From positions 63,050-127,049 of the forward strand of contig JBAZLG010000002.1 of assembly GCA_041650395.1 (NCBI GenBank): a stretch of DNA of 64,000 bases. Direction: 5' to 3'. The stretch comes from Candidatus Micrarchaeia archaeon. GTDB lineage: Archaea; Micrarchaeota; Micrarchaeia; Anstonellales; VGKX01. Numbering within the stretch: the stretch's first letter is position 1; the number at the start of each line of letters is the position of its first letter. The position numbers were made by a program, and so were the translations under genes. Positions 26,828 through 34,923 of this stretch are shown here, one piece after another. The notes under the pieces are model-generated. The model ran no database searches. It had not been told where the DNA came from and was given only the letters and a program-made list of their open reading frames with translations.

Positions 26828-27136
26828 CTAGCCGAAAATCGCGCCAAAGCCCTGCTGCGCGGAGGAGTCCTCGTCGTCAATGAATTTCATGAAGGCTTCC
26901 TTTTGGGGCGCGGGGGCCTCTGCCGCCAGGGGCTTGGCGATTTCGACAAGCTTTTTCACGTCCTCGTCGGAGCCGCTGAAGTGGACGTAGACCTTGTCCT
27001 TGTCAAGGCCGCACAGGGCGCCGTCTTTCACCTTGTAGCCCGCCCTCGAGAATGAGACGGGGTTGTACGGGTCGGCCTCAAGCAGCTTGACTAGTTCCGC
27101 CTTTTTTTCAATTGGAGCGCAAATTACCATTCTCAT
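26828..27136 (-). CDS. Small acidic protein with a ribosomal stalk (P1/L12)-like C-terminal tail
   Basis: The ORF track extends to 27454, but that extension is Arg/Pro-rich. I prefer the ATG at 27136 (MRMVICAPIEKKAELVKLLE). It ends AAEAPAPQKEAFMKFIDDEDSSAQQGFGAIFG. Confidence 0.55.
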   Translation of the reverse strand: MRMVICAPIEKKAELVKLLEADPYNPVSFSRAGYKVKDGALCGLDKDKVYVHFSGSDEDVKKLVEIAKPLAAEAPAPQKEAFMKFIDDEDSSAQQGFGAIFG

Positions 27137-27240
27137 GATTGACACCTTGCCTAGAAAGGCCAGCAAAACAATAAAAGGGGGCGTGGTTTGGCGCGCCCCG
27201 CGCCATAGGGGGAAATCCCGGAAAAAACGGGCGGGGGAAC

Positions 27241-27573
27241 CTAGTTCCTCGCCTCGATGCAGGTGAATATCATCGCGAGGCCGAGGATGATGACGACCAC
27301 GGGGCCCACGGAGAAGCCAAGCGGCACCCACCCGACGTCGCTTGCAAGCCAGAGAAGGCCCAGCACTGCTATTAGCAGGCCAAAGACAGTGTAGCCCTGC
27401 TTCATCTCGCTGTCCATGTGGAGATGGCTGTCGCAGCACGTGTCGCATGAGCACTCTTCCATGCTTGCGGGTTTTGGAGCGGATTTTTTGGTTGTTTTCC
27501 TTGCTGATTTGCGGGATTTCATAGAATCACTTTGAGCGTTATTAAATTCCGGCATTATTAAGGTTTTCGGCAA
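27241..27573 (-). CDS. Small membrane protein with a Cys/His-rich N-terminal segment
   Basis: The 110-aa ORF has a basic N-terminus, then MEECSCDTCCDSHLHMD, then two hydrophobic helices. The start is uncertain. Confidence 0.5.
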   Translation of the reverse strand: MPKTLIMPEFNNAQSDSMKSRKSARKTTKKSAPKPASMEECSCDTCCDSHLHMDSEMKQGYTVFGLLIAVLGLLWLASDVGWVPLGFSVGPVVVIILGLAMIFTCIEARN

Positions 27574-27748
27574 GGGAGGCGGATTTTACCTCTGGGAACA
27601 CACGCCCGGCGACATATGTTGCGCGCGATGGGATGGGCAGGCTGGCGCGCTTTGCCTGGAAGCATGGCAGGGCGGTTGCGGGCTTTTTTGGCGCAATGGC
27701 AAGGCTGGGGCTGGAAATGAAGAAAAAGAACCGGGAAAAAGGGAAAAA

Positions 27749-28963
27749 CTAGTATGTGACCTGTATCATGTCAAAGGGCCTTGACGAGCTTATGGTCACG
27801 TAGGCGGTCGAGTTGTCCACTGCGCACAGGGACGCGTAAAGCCCCTTGGCTCCGGGTATCTCGGTCTGGTTGGAATCCGGAGCCAGCGTGAAGGGCTTGA
27901 GAGTGGAGCGCTCGCGCAGCGTGGCGCCGCTTTCATTGACTGCGGTTGCCAGGTATTCGACATAGCTTTGCATGGTGCCGGCCTTGACTTTAAGGGACTT
28001 TTTCTGGCTGACAGGGATGCAGGGCAGGGTGTAGGCATTGAACGCGAACCTTGCCCACTGGTACCTTGTGTCCATGTTGAAGCCCGCGCCGGTGAGAGTG
28101 AAATTCACATAGCCTATGTTGCTTATGCGCTTTGCCACTGTGGTGCCCACCGGGACCATGTCGAATGTCTCCATAGTGACGCCATTGGAGTCTGCCAGGG
28201 AGAATGACACGTTCCTGTCAACGCTTACAAGCTTTGGCACGAGCCTTATGCCGTAATTGTCGACCGGCTGGTAGAGTGGCGTCGCGTCCGCGGGTATGGT
28301 GGCGTTAGCAGGCGGAGCGCACTTGCCGTCCACGCATGCCACCCCGCCCTGGCAGCCGCACATGGAACAGTCGGTTGTGACCTCCACGTTGAAATCGCAA
28401 AAGGGCCTCTCGTTGCTGTCATTGTAATAGGACGCGGAGCACTCGCCAGGAGAGAGCTTCTCGCTTCTTCCCCCGCCCCAGTCTATTATGCAAAACGATT
28501 TCTTGCACGCGCCGTTCACGGGCAGGTCCGACTCATTGAGGCACACGCATTTCCCGTCAACCATGCTGCCGCCGGCGCAGGCTATGGCGCCGGGGTCGCA
28601 CTCGGGCGTGGACTTTCTCACGTGTATGCATTCGTAGTTTGTCTGGCTTGAGCATATGTCGACCGTGCACGGGTCGGAATCGTCGCAGCTTGTCTTGCAC
28701 GAGCCGCAGTCCGATGCGGAGAGGACAATCTTGCCGTCAGGGCATACGTATGACGCGTTCTGGCCCGACAGGTCGCACTCGCTTGCGTCAGTGACAAGCG
28801 TGCCGTCGGGGCATGTGAATACGATTACCGGCTGTGAGGCGTTCATTGAAACTGCGGAGGAATTATTGGTAAAGCCCGCCTGCCCCTGCTGGGCCGTGGA
28901 GGCGCAGCCGAAAAAGAAGAGCGCCAGGGCGGCAATCAATGCGAAATAGAAGTATCTTGACAT
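27749..28963 (-). CDS. Cysteine-rich secreted lipoprotein
   Basis: I prefer the ATG at 28963 (MSRYFYFALIAALALFFFGC). It has repeated CPDG(T/K).V...S(E/D)C motifs and many Cys in the N-terminal half. No family recognised. Confidence 0.65.
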   Translation of the reverse strand: MSRYFYFALIAALALFFFGCASTAQQGQAGFTNNSSAVSMNASQPVIVFTCPDGTLVTDASECDLSGQNASYVCPDGKIVLSASDCGSCKTSCDDSDPCTVDICSSQTNYECIHVRKSTPECDPGAIACAGGSMVDGKCVCLNESDLPVNGACKKSFCIIDWGGGRSEKLSPGECSASYYNDSNERPFCDFNVEVTTDCSMCGCQGGVACVDGKCAPPANATIPADATPLYQPVDNYGIRLVPKLVSVDRNVSFSLADSNGVTMETFDMVPVGTTVAKRISNIGYVNFTLTGAGFNMDTRYQWARFAFNAYTLPCIPVSQKKSLKVKAGTMQSYVEYLATAVNESGATLRERSTLKPFTLAPDSNQTEIPGAKGLYASLCAVDNSTAYVTISSSRPFDMIQVTY

Positions 28964-29231
28964 CGTATCACGGGAATATCGCTCTTGCAACGTATAAATT
29001 AGTTGCCCCGGGCATGTAAAAATTATAACCCGGCGTGAGAGCCGGGGCATAATGCCGGGCGCGGGTTTTCATAACCCTGGAACAGGAGCATGAGCGATTG
29101 CAGGATGAGTGCGGTTCCCTTTTCCATATCCATCACCAAAAAGAGGTTGAATTATGACCTTTTTAATGGAATATGGTTTTGTCCGTGAGCCAAAATGGCT
29201 TTTCGGGCGGGAAGCGCGGACAGGAGCCCGG

Positions 29232-30140
29232 TTAAAATGGATAGGATGGCCTGTTAGGCTGGATTTTCGCCTTTGCGGCGTATTCCTCCGGGCTTGCAAT
29301 CTCGCCAAGCTTTGCAGGAGGGGAAAAGAGGGTGAGAAGCATGGCATCCTCAAGCCCGACAATGGATGCCAGGCCCTCCATGAATCCAAGCCCCACGTCA
29401 TAAACGCTTTGGGGCAGGCGAAGGAGTGTTGCGGAGAGGAGGCTGTCGCGCGACGCGGCTGCAAGCTCATTGGCATGCTGCGGTTCCACGCCTTCCAGAT
29501 AGATGAGGGAAAAAAGCCGGGCCCGGCCTTCCTTGACTATTTTGAGCACTACGGACTGTTCATGGGCAGAGTCCGAGATTTCGGAGAGGAGCTTGAGCCT
29601 CGAGACAAAGAGCCTCGCATAGTCAAGTGAAAGGCTTGCGATGTTTTTCCCGCGCGCATTCCTTTTTGCAGCCCTGAAGCACTGTTTCAGGTTGGGGATG
29701 ACAGGCGAGGATGCCATTGACTCAGTTAAATTGTTGAACTCGATTTTCTTGTAAGCAGGGTCGTCGTGGGCGTGGACAAGCTCGTGGACAGCGCGGAATT
29801 CAAGCATCGCTGGAGTGGTTTCAGGCCCGTGCTTGAGCCAGATGGAACTGCCCGACTGGCACGAGCGGGTCTCCTTGTTGTAGAGCTTTTCTGGGTACTT
29901 GCCGTCGGGCCTGCCTGAAAGTTCCGAGGAATTTATTACAAAAATTGACACGTTTGAGAGTGCCTTGTAGAACGGATTGGCATGCGCGCTGTGCCGTGCG
30001 CTGCCAAGGGCCCTGCCATAAGGGCCGTTGTCCCCGGCATCCTCGAGCAGGCGTTTTTTTACAAACGCGTCAGCCTTGTCAATTGACTTTATCAGGCTAA
30101 ATGCCGGCTGCGCCCCGATGACAGTGATGCTTTTTGGCAT
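29232..30140 (-). CDS. Hypothetical protein with an HExxH motif (possible Zn-metallopeptidase-like)
   Basis: The 302-aa ORF contains FRAVHELVHAHDD as its only recognisable motif. It starts 3 nt after the stop of 30144-31010, so the two genes likely form an operon. Confidence 0.5.
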   Translation of the reverse strand: MPKSITVIGAQPAFSLIKSIDKADAFVKKRLLEDAGDNGPYGRALGSARHSAHANPFYKALSNVSIFVINSSELSGRPDGKYPEKLYNKETRSCQSGSSIWLKHGPETTPAMLEFRAVHELVHAHDDPAYKKIEFNNLTESMASSPVIPNLKQCFRAAKRNARGKNIASLSLDYARLFVSRLKLLSEISDSAHEQSVVLKIVKEGRARLFSLIYLEGVEPQHANELAAASRDSLLSATLLRLPQSVYDVGLGFMEGLASIVGLEDAMLLTLFSPPAKLGEIASPEEYAAKAKIQPNRPSYPF

Positions 30141-30143
30141 TGT

Positions 30144-31010
30144 TTAGCCTTCCGTTTGCATTGCAAGCTCTGACATGTCCTTCTCGGTTATTTCCTGCAC
30201 GTGCTTGTATTTCCCCTTGAAAAAACCAGTAAGCCCGTTCCTGTAGACCTTGATGTACAGGCCCCAGCCCTGTTCGCTCCCTGTGAGCTGGTTGAGGTTC
30301 TCCGAGCCCTCCTCCCTCATGCGCTTCTTGACGTAATTTACTATCTGGACACTGTCCATGCCCGCCCAGTCAATGTGGGAATTGACCTCAAGACCCGCCT
30401 TCTCAAAAAGGTTCCTGTTCTGGAGAAGGTCGTAAAACGCCGGGTCCATGTGCAAAAGCTCCTTCGCGGTCGTGATTCCCGACCCCTCCTTGATTTCCAC
30501 AGCGCGCTTGACATGGGCGTTCTCATTATGCCTAAGCCCCGTCTGGTCGGTTATGCCCCTCGAGAGAAGCTCATCGTAGAGCATGTTGAACTTTTCCTTG
30601 AGTTCCCAAATCCAGGAAATGCCCGTTTCCTTAGCGTATGCCCTGGTGTAATTGACAAGCTCGTCATTGTTCATGTGCTCCCATGAAAGGCTTGGCGCGC
30701 GCACCCTCTTGCAGTCGAGGTTTGGCACAAGGCCCCTGTTATAGAGCCTGAAATAGAAAGCATTGTCCGCAGCCTTAAGGCCTGTCGGAGTCTTATCCTC
30801 GAGTTTTGAGAGAAGAAGGTTGCCTTTCGCTATCATTTCCCTGTCCTTTTCAGTCAGCTCTTCGCTTGCGACGCCGGGCATCTTGGGGCCCTTGATGTTC
30901 TCGAAGAAAAGCACTATGTTCCTGCCCATCTTGACCTGCTTGGGCTTGCCATTTCCCTGCACAGGGAGGGCCTTGCCAGGCGCAATGGGTTTTATTTCGG
31001 GCTTGAACAT
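30144..31010 (-). CDS. Hypothetical protein with four degenerate ~45-aa repeats
   Basis: The 288-aa ORF has a recurring pattern, W..M....VNY.....G.....L......LY..L..RG..D..GL. Examples are SWEHMNNDELVNYTRAYAKETGI...LYDELLSRGITDQTGL and DWAGMDSVQIVNYVKK...VYRNGLTGF. Confidence 0.5.
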   Translation of the reverse strand: MFKPEIKPIAPGKALPVQGNGKPKQVKMGRNIVLFFENIKGPKMPGVASEELTEKDREMIAKGNLLLSKLEDKTPTGLKAADNAFYFRLYNRGLVPNLDCKRVRAPSLSWEHMNNDELVNYTRAYAKETGISWIWELKEKFNMLYDELLSRGITDQTGLRHNENAHVKRAVEIKEGSGITTAKELLHMDPAFYDLLQNRNLFEKAGLEVNSHIDWAGMDSVQIVNYVKKRMREEGSENLNQLTGSEQGWGLYIKVYRNGLTGFFKGKYKHVQEITEKDMSELAMQTEG

Positions 31011-31207
31011 GGTTTTTGCCTATGGGCGGTTTTTGCACTGCAGGTTTATTGTGTGGTAATTCAGGAAAGTTCGTATATTAATTACTATTAGATTATATAT
31101 AAATATAGTAGGAGGAATAAGCCCAAGCCAATGCCTGAAAATTAATTTTTAAACCTCTCATGCATAATGTATCCCTCATCAATACTATGTTTTAGAGAGC
31201 ATCATGC

Positions 31208-31279
31208 GCCCCTGTAGCTCAGAGGTAGAGCGTCTGTCTCGTAAACAGAAGGCCGTGGGTTCAATTCCCACCGGGGGCT
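31208..31279 (+). tRNA. tRNA-Thr (anticodon CGU)
   Basis: It folds by hand: acceptor GCCCCUG/CGGGGGC, D arm GCUC-AGAGGUA-GAGC, anticodon arm UCUGU-CUCGUAA-ACAGA, variable loop AGGCC, T arm GUGGG-UUCAAUU-CCCAC, discriminator U. CCA is not encoded. Confidence 0.9.
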
Positions 31280-31340
31280 TGTGTTTCCAAGTGGGGGTGA
31301 CACCTAAGGGGGAGCTGATTTTTGCGCCTGCCCCCTAGGT

Positions 31341-31361
31341 GTTCAATTCCCACCGGGGGCT
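31341..31361 (+). repeat. 21-nt direct duplicate of the tRNA-Thr 3' end
   Basis: GTTCAATTCCCACCGGGGGCT occurs at 31259-31279 (within the tRNA) and again at 31341-31361. The second copy lacks a 5' half and a T-stem partner. Confidence 0.9.
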
Positions 31362-31389
31362 ATCCGGTTTTCAAAAAAAAGTGGCATAC

Positions 31390-32724
31390 ATGGCAAAATC
31401 GCATTTTACGCAGCTCGTTGAGGCGAAAAGGGGCAAGGCGACGCCGCAGATGAAGGCTGTCGCAAAGGCCGAGGGCATGCCCCTTGCACGGCTGCGCACG
31501 CTTATAGCGTCAGGCAGGCTTGTAATCCCCGCCAACAGGGTGCACATTGAAAGGGGCCTCAAGCCGATAGGGATAGGCGAAGGGGCAAGCGTGAAAATAA
31601 ACGCCAACATTGGCGCGTCGCAGGAGAACTCCTGCGTCCAGATGGAACTTGAAAAGGCAAGGGTGTGCGCCAAATACGGCGCCGACACGCTGATGGACCT
31701 GTCAGCGGGCGTGAAAAACCTGGACGAAATCAGGACTGAAATAATAAGTCACTCGCCAATGCCCGTGGGCACAGTGCCGATTTACCAGGCAGTGGAGTCG
31801 GTCAAAAACCTTGAAGACCTGACAAGCGAACTCATCCTGAAGGTCATTGAAAAGCAGGCAAGGCAGGGCGTGGACTACATGACTATTCATGCGGGGATAC
31901 TCAAATCCCACTCGCGCCTTGCGAGAAACAGGGTGACGGGCATTGTTTCAAGGGGCGGGGCGCTTATCAACGGCTGGATGGCAAACACGGGCATGGAAAA
32001 CCCCCTTTACACCGGCTTTGCCGACATACTCGGCATAGCGGGAGAATACGACGTCACAATCAGCCTTGGCGACAGCCTGAGGCCCGGAAGCATTGCGGAC
32101 AACACGGACAGGGCGCAGCTTGCGGAACTCAAGACGCTTGGAAGACTTGTCAAGGAGTGCAGGAAGGCTGGCGTGCAGTCAATGGTTGAAGGCCCGGGGC
32201 ACATACCAATGCACATGATAGAAAAAAACGTGAAGCTTGAGAAAAAATACTGTTTTGGCGCGCCTTTTTACGTGCTCGGCCCGCTTGTGTGCGACATAGG
32301 GGCAGGATACGACCACATAACAGCAGCCATTGGCGGGGCCATTGCGGCATATCACGGCGCGGATTTCCTCTGCTACGTCACGCCGAAGGAACACCTCGGC
32401 CTGCCGGACGCGGAGGACGTCAGGCAGGGCATTATCGCAAGCAAGATTGCGGCCCATGCGGCAGACATAGCGCGCGGCATCCCAGGCTCTGCAAAAAGGG
32501 ACAGGGAAATGTCAAAGGCGCGCTATGACATGGACTGGGAAAGGCAGATTTCACTCGCGCTCGACCCGGAGAGGGCGGCGCAGTACAGGAAGGCGTCCGG
32601 CCTGTCGGTCAGGGCAGACTTTTGCAGCATGTGCGGCCCTAAATTCTGCGCAATGCGTCTGCACCACCAGGCAACCGGCAAAAAGACATTCAACCAGCGC
32701 GGCGGCGTGCCCGGGAAAAAATAG
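31390..32724 (+). CDS. thiC: Phosphomethylpyrimidine synthase ThiC
   Basis: I prefer the ATG at 31390 (MAKSHFTQLVEAKRGKATPQM). The ORF-track start at 31339 is a GTG inside the tRNA-like repeat. The body is typical of ThiC and includes the C-terminal cluster CSMCGPKFCAM. Confidence 0.9.
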   Translation: MAKSHFTQLVEAKRGKATPQMKAVAKAEGMPLARLRTLIASGRLVIPANRVHIERGLKPIGIGEGASVKINANIGASQENSCVQMELEKARVCAKYGADTLMDLSAGVKNLDEIRTEIISHSPMPVGTVPIYQAVESVKNLEDLTSELILKVIEKQARQGVDYMTIHAGILKSHSRLARNRVTGIVSRGGALINGWMANTGMENPLYTGFADILGIAGEYDVTISLGDSLRPGSIADNTDRAQLAELKTLGRLVKECRKAGVQSMVEGPGHIPMHMIEKNVKLEKKYCFGAPFYVLGPLVCDIGAGYDHITAAIGGAIAAYHGADFLCYVTPKEHLGLPDAEDVRQGIIASKIAAHAADIARGIPGSAKRDREMSKARYDMDWERQISLALDPERAAQYRKASGLSVRADFCSMCGPKFCAMRLHHQATGKKTFNQRGGVPGKK

Positions 32725-32779
32725 CCGCGCGATAAGTATAATATAAATCAATATAAACAGGGACAAGAATAAGGCATGC

Positions 32780-33196
32780 ATGGCATACATGCGCGGCCAG
32801 GGAAGCACTGAATTCCTCTATGCCGCAATCTTCTCGCTACTTTTCTTCACAATTGCAATCATTGTCTACGTCCAGAGCCAAAACGACGCCAATGCCCTTT
32901 ACGCCAGCGCGAGCCTGCAGAGGGTGTGCATAGCCCTTGCAAGCCAGGTGTCGGCGGTCTCGGCTGCAGGGGACGGCACGGGCGCAGCAATAGACCTGCC
33001 GGAATTCCAAAACGGCGTGGCTTACGGCATATTCGTGAATGGCAGCGCTTCGGGCATATCGGTTTACAGCGGCAACAGGACGCAGGGGTGCAGGATGACG
33101 ACGATGCTTGTCTCAAACGGCACTGCCGCCGCTTTCCCTGCCACTAATTTCACAAGGATTGAAAACAGGGGCGGGACAGTATATTTCGAGGCGTGA
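32780..33196 (+). CDS. Class III signal peptide (type IV pilin-like) protein, putative minor pilin
   Basis: The N-terminus MAYMRGQGSTEFLYAAIFSLLFFTIAIIVYV has an RGQ cleavage-type motif followed by a hydrophobic helix. Its C-terminus resembles the partial ORF at 63849-64000. Confidence 0.7.
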   Translation: MAYMRGQGSTEFLYAAIFSLLFFTIAIIVYVQSQNDANALYASASLQRVCIALASQVSAVSAAGDGTGAAIDLPEFQNGVAYGIFVNGSASGISVYSGNRTQGCRMTTMLVSNGTAAAFPATNFTRIENRGGTVYFEA

Positions 33197-33200
33197 GACC

Positions 33201-33677
33201 ATGCGCGGGCAATCACTCATCATCGACTACATGGCGGGGGCTTTCCTGTTCCTTGTCATGTTCGCGTTCTTTTTCGTAATCTGGGGGATTTACGCCAACA
33301 TGTACTTCTCCGCCCAGGCGAGGATGGAACTTGACAGCACGGTGCTTTCCGTGTCCCAGTCCCTGCTCTCCTCCGGCGGCGAGCCAGTCAACTGGACCGC
33401 CGACCCCATGGCGGCAAAAAGGATAGGGCTTGCCTCGAGGCAGAACGTGCTTGACTGGGCAAGGATAGACTCGCTCTCCTCGCTTTCCTATGCGGAGCAG
33501 AAAATCAAGCTGGGCATAGACAGGGATTTCGTGATAAGGATTGACAGCGCGGAAGGCGCGCGGCTTGCGACAATAGGCAATGAGCCGAATTCCACAAGCA
33601 GGTCTGCGGAGATTTCGAGGTTTGCGGTCCTGGACAACAAGCCGGTAAGGGTAAGGCTGATGGCTTATGAGGCTTAA
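33201..33677 (+). CDS. Pilin-like protein, putative minor pilin
   Basis: The ATG at 33201 gives MRGQSLIIDYMAGAFLFLVMFAFFFVIWGIY. It is homologous by eye to 63308-63859 (HRGQILSNDLVIALSVFMAIVLVSFYIWNL). Confidence 0.7.
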   Translation: MRGQSLIIDYMAGAFLFLVMFAFFFVIWGIYANMYFSAQARMELDSTVLSVSQSLLSSGGEPVNWTADPMAAKRIGLASRQNVLDWARIDSLSSLSYAEQKIKLGIDRDFVIRIDSAEGARLATIGNEPNSTSRSAEISRFAVLDNKPVRVRLMAYEA

Positions 33678-34095
33678 GGGATTCGTGTTCACGCTGGACG
33701 CCACCTTGGGCGTTTTCCTAATGGTGCTCGCGCTATTGGCAATCACGCTCATATCGAGCCAGGCCGAATCCGACCCCTACGCGTCTATAAACGCGCTTCG
33801 CCAGTCGCATGACATGCTCGCCGTTCTTGACGCGCAAGGCTACCTTTCCCAGTCCAATTGCACTGCCATAGGCGGGTACCTCAACCAGACATTGCCAAAA
33901 GGCATGGGCGGCGCAGTCCAGATTGACACGTATTACAAGGACATAGGCGGGTTCGCGTTCCTCTCAAGCGTCGCCTGCGGCGCGGCAGTGCCGCAGAACA
34001 AGAGCGTTTATTCGGTGGAATACGGGCTTGCAAACATGAAAAACGGAAGGGCTTCGAACTATTCAATAGCGAGGATGCAGTCATGGCAGGAATAA
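33667..34095 (+). CDS. Pilin-like protein, putative minor pilin
   Basis: The N-terminus is MRLKGFVFTLDATLGVFLMVLALLAITLI. Its counterpart in the second locus is 62683-63297 (RRPGFILTFEAVFALSVLFLAG). Confidence 0.65.
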   Translation: MRLKGFVFTLDATLGVFLMVLALLAITLISSQAESDPYASINALRQSHDMLAVLDAQGYLSQSNCTAIGGYLNQTLPKGMGGAVQIDTYYKDIGGFAFLSSVACGAAVPQNKSVYSVEYGLANMKNGRASNYSIARMQSWQE

Positions 34096-34916
34096 CGCAA
34101 AAGTCAGGCAGGAAGGGGATTTTCTTCGCCTTGTCAGCCCTGCTGCTGGCATCCGTGCTCATAGCCCTCGCGTCAGGGGTGTCGGACGTCTCATCGAGGA
34201 CAAGGAGGACTGCGACCGCGCTCTTGGACACCGACTTTGCCGCGAACGCGCACGCTGACGCGCAGGCGCAGGTGGCAAAGATAATGTCGGAATGGGCGAA
34301 TGTCACATGCGAGAACAATTCCGTCTCCATATCCGAATCCCTGCCGATTAAGGCCGGATTCGGTTCGGACCTGCAAACGCTTTCGGAGTTCTACTCCCAG
34401 TATGCCAGGGCGAATGTGACCGTGAACATGACAACGCTGGCGCAGGGGAGCTATGTGATAGAGCCGCAGGGGCTTGAAGTCTCGCATACGCCCGAACTCG
34501 TGGATTTCAGGAATCCCGGGCCAGGCGAGGGGGGCCTGGTCAGGTCGATAAACATGACACTGCTTTTCCCGGCAGGGGCCATTGACTCCGCGGAGTGGGA
34601 CCAGCTTTCAAGCGCCGCGCCCGGAACAGGCATGAACGTGTCTGTCAGGGTCATGGACGCGAGCTATACAGTGTACAGGACATTCACCGCGGAGGTCCAG
34701 CGCGATGCAACAAGCGAAATCAACATAAGCCAGGGAGGGGTCGAGGTGGCCCATGTCAGGTTCTACGACCCATCTTCTTGCCAGATATACCACACGAACA
34801 TGCTGAATTTAAAAGCAATGATTGAGATGTCAAACCCCGTGTACGTGCAGGCGCATGACAACATAACCGCTTCGGTCGGCAGGGCGGCAAAAAGCGCGCC
34901 TGCCAGGATATGCTAG
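34083..34916 (+). CDS. Pilin-like protein, putative minor pilin
   Basis: The N-terminus is SGRKGIFFALSALLLASVLIAL. Its counterpart is 61674-62678 (GISRGFIFTLSTILLVSSLVML). It overlaps the upstream gene by 13 nt. Confidence 0.65.
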   Translation: MAGITQKSGRKGIFFALSALLLASVLIALASGVSDVSSRTRRTATALLDTDFAANAHADAQAQVAKIMSEWANVTCENNSVSISESLPIKAGFGSDLQTLSEFYSQYARANVTVNMTTLAQGSYVIEPQGLEVSHTPELVDFRNPGPGEGGLVRSINMTLLFPAGAIDSAEWDQLSSAAPGTGMNVSVRVMDASYTVYRTFTAEVQRDATSEINISQGGVEVAHVRFYDPSSCQIYHTNMLNLKAMIEMSNPVYVQAHDNITASVGRAAKSAPARIC

Positions 34917-34923
34917 GTGGAAA

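Noticed and set aside
31011-31207. A second C/D-box sRNA or other ncRNA in the AT-rich tract upstream of tRNA-Thr
   Set aside because: The minus strand has a UUGAUGA, but no CUGA lies at the required 12-nt spacing and there is no second box pair. The tract more likely holds promoter/TATA sequence for the tRNA and the divergent gene.
31280-31340. Integrated provirus or plasmid bounded by the tRNA-Thr attL/attR-like direct repeats
   Set aside because: Only 61 bp separate the two copies (113 bp intervene for tRNA-Ser), there is no integrase, and the interval cannot hold a gene. At most it is a scar or a tiny element.
31280-31389. TPP (THI-box) riboswitch upstream of thiC
   Set aside because: GGGGGUGA and GCUGAUUU loosely resemble the GGGGUGC and CUGAGA blocks. 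The ACCC..GAACCUGA...GCG.AGGGA core is absent, and I could not build the P2-P5 helices. It needs cmscan, so I do not call it.
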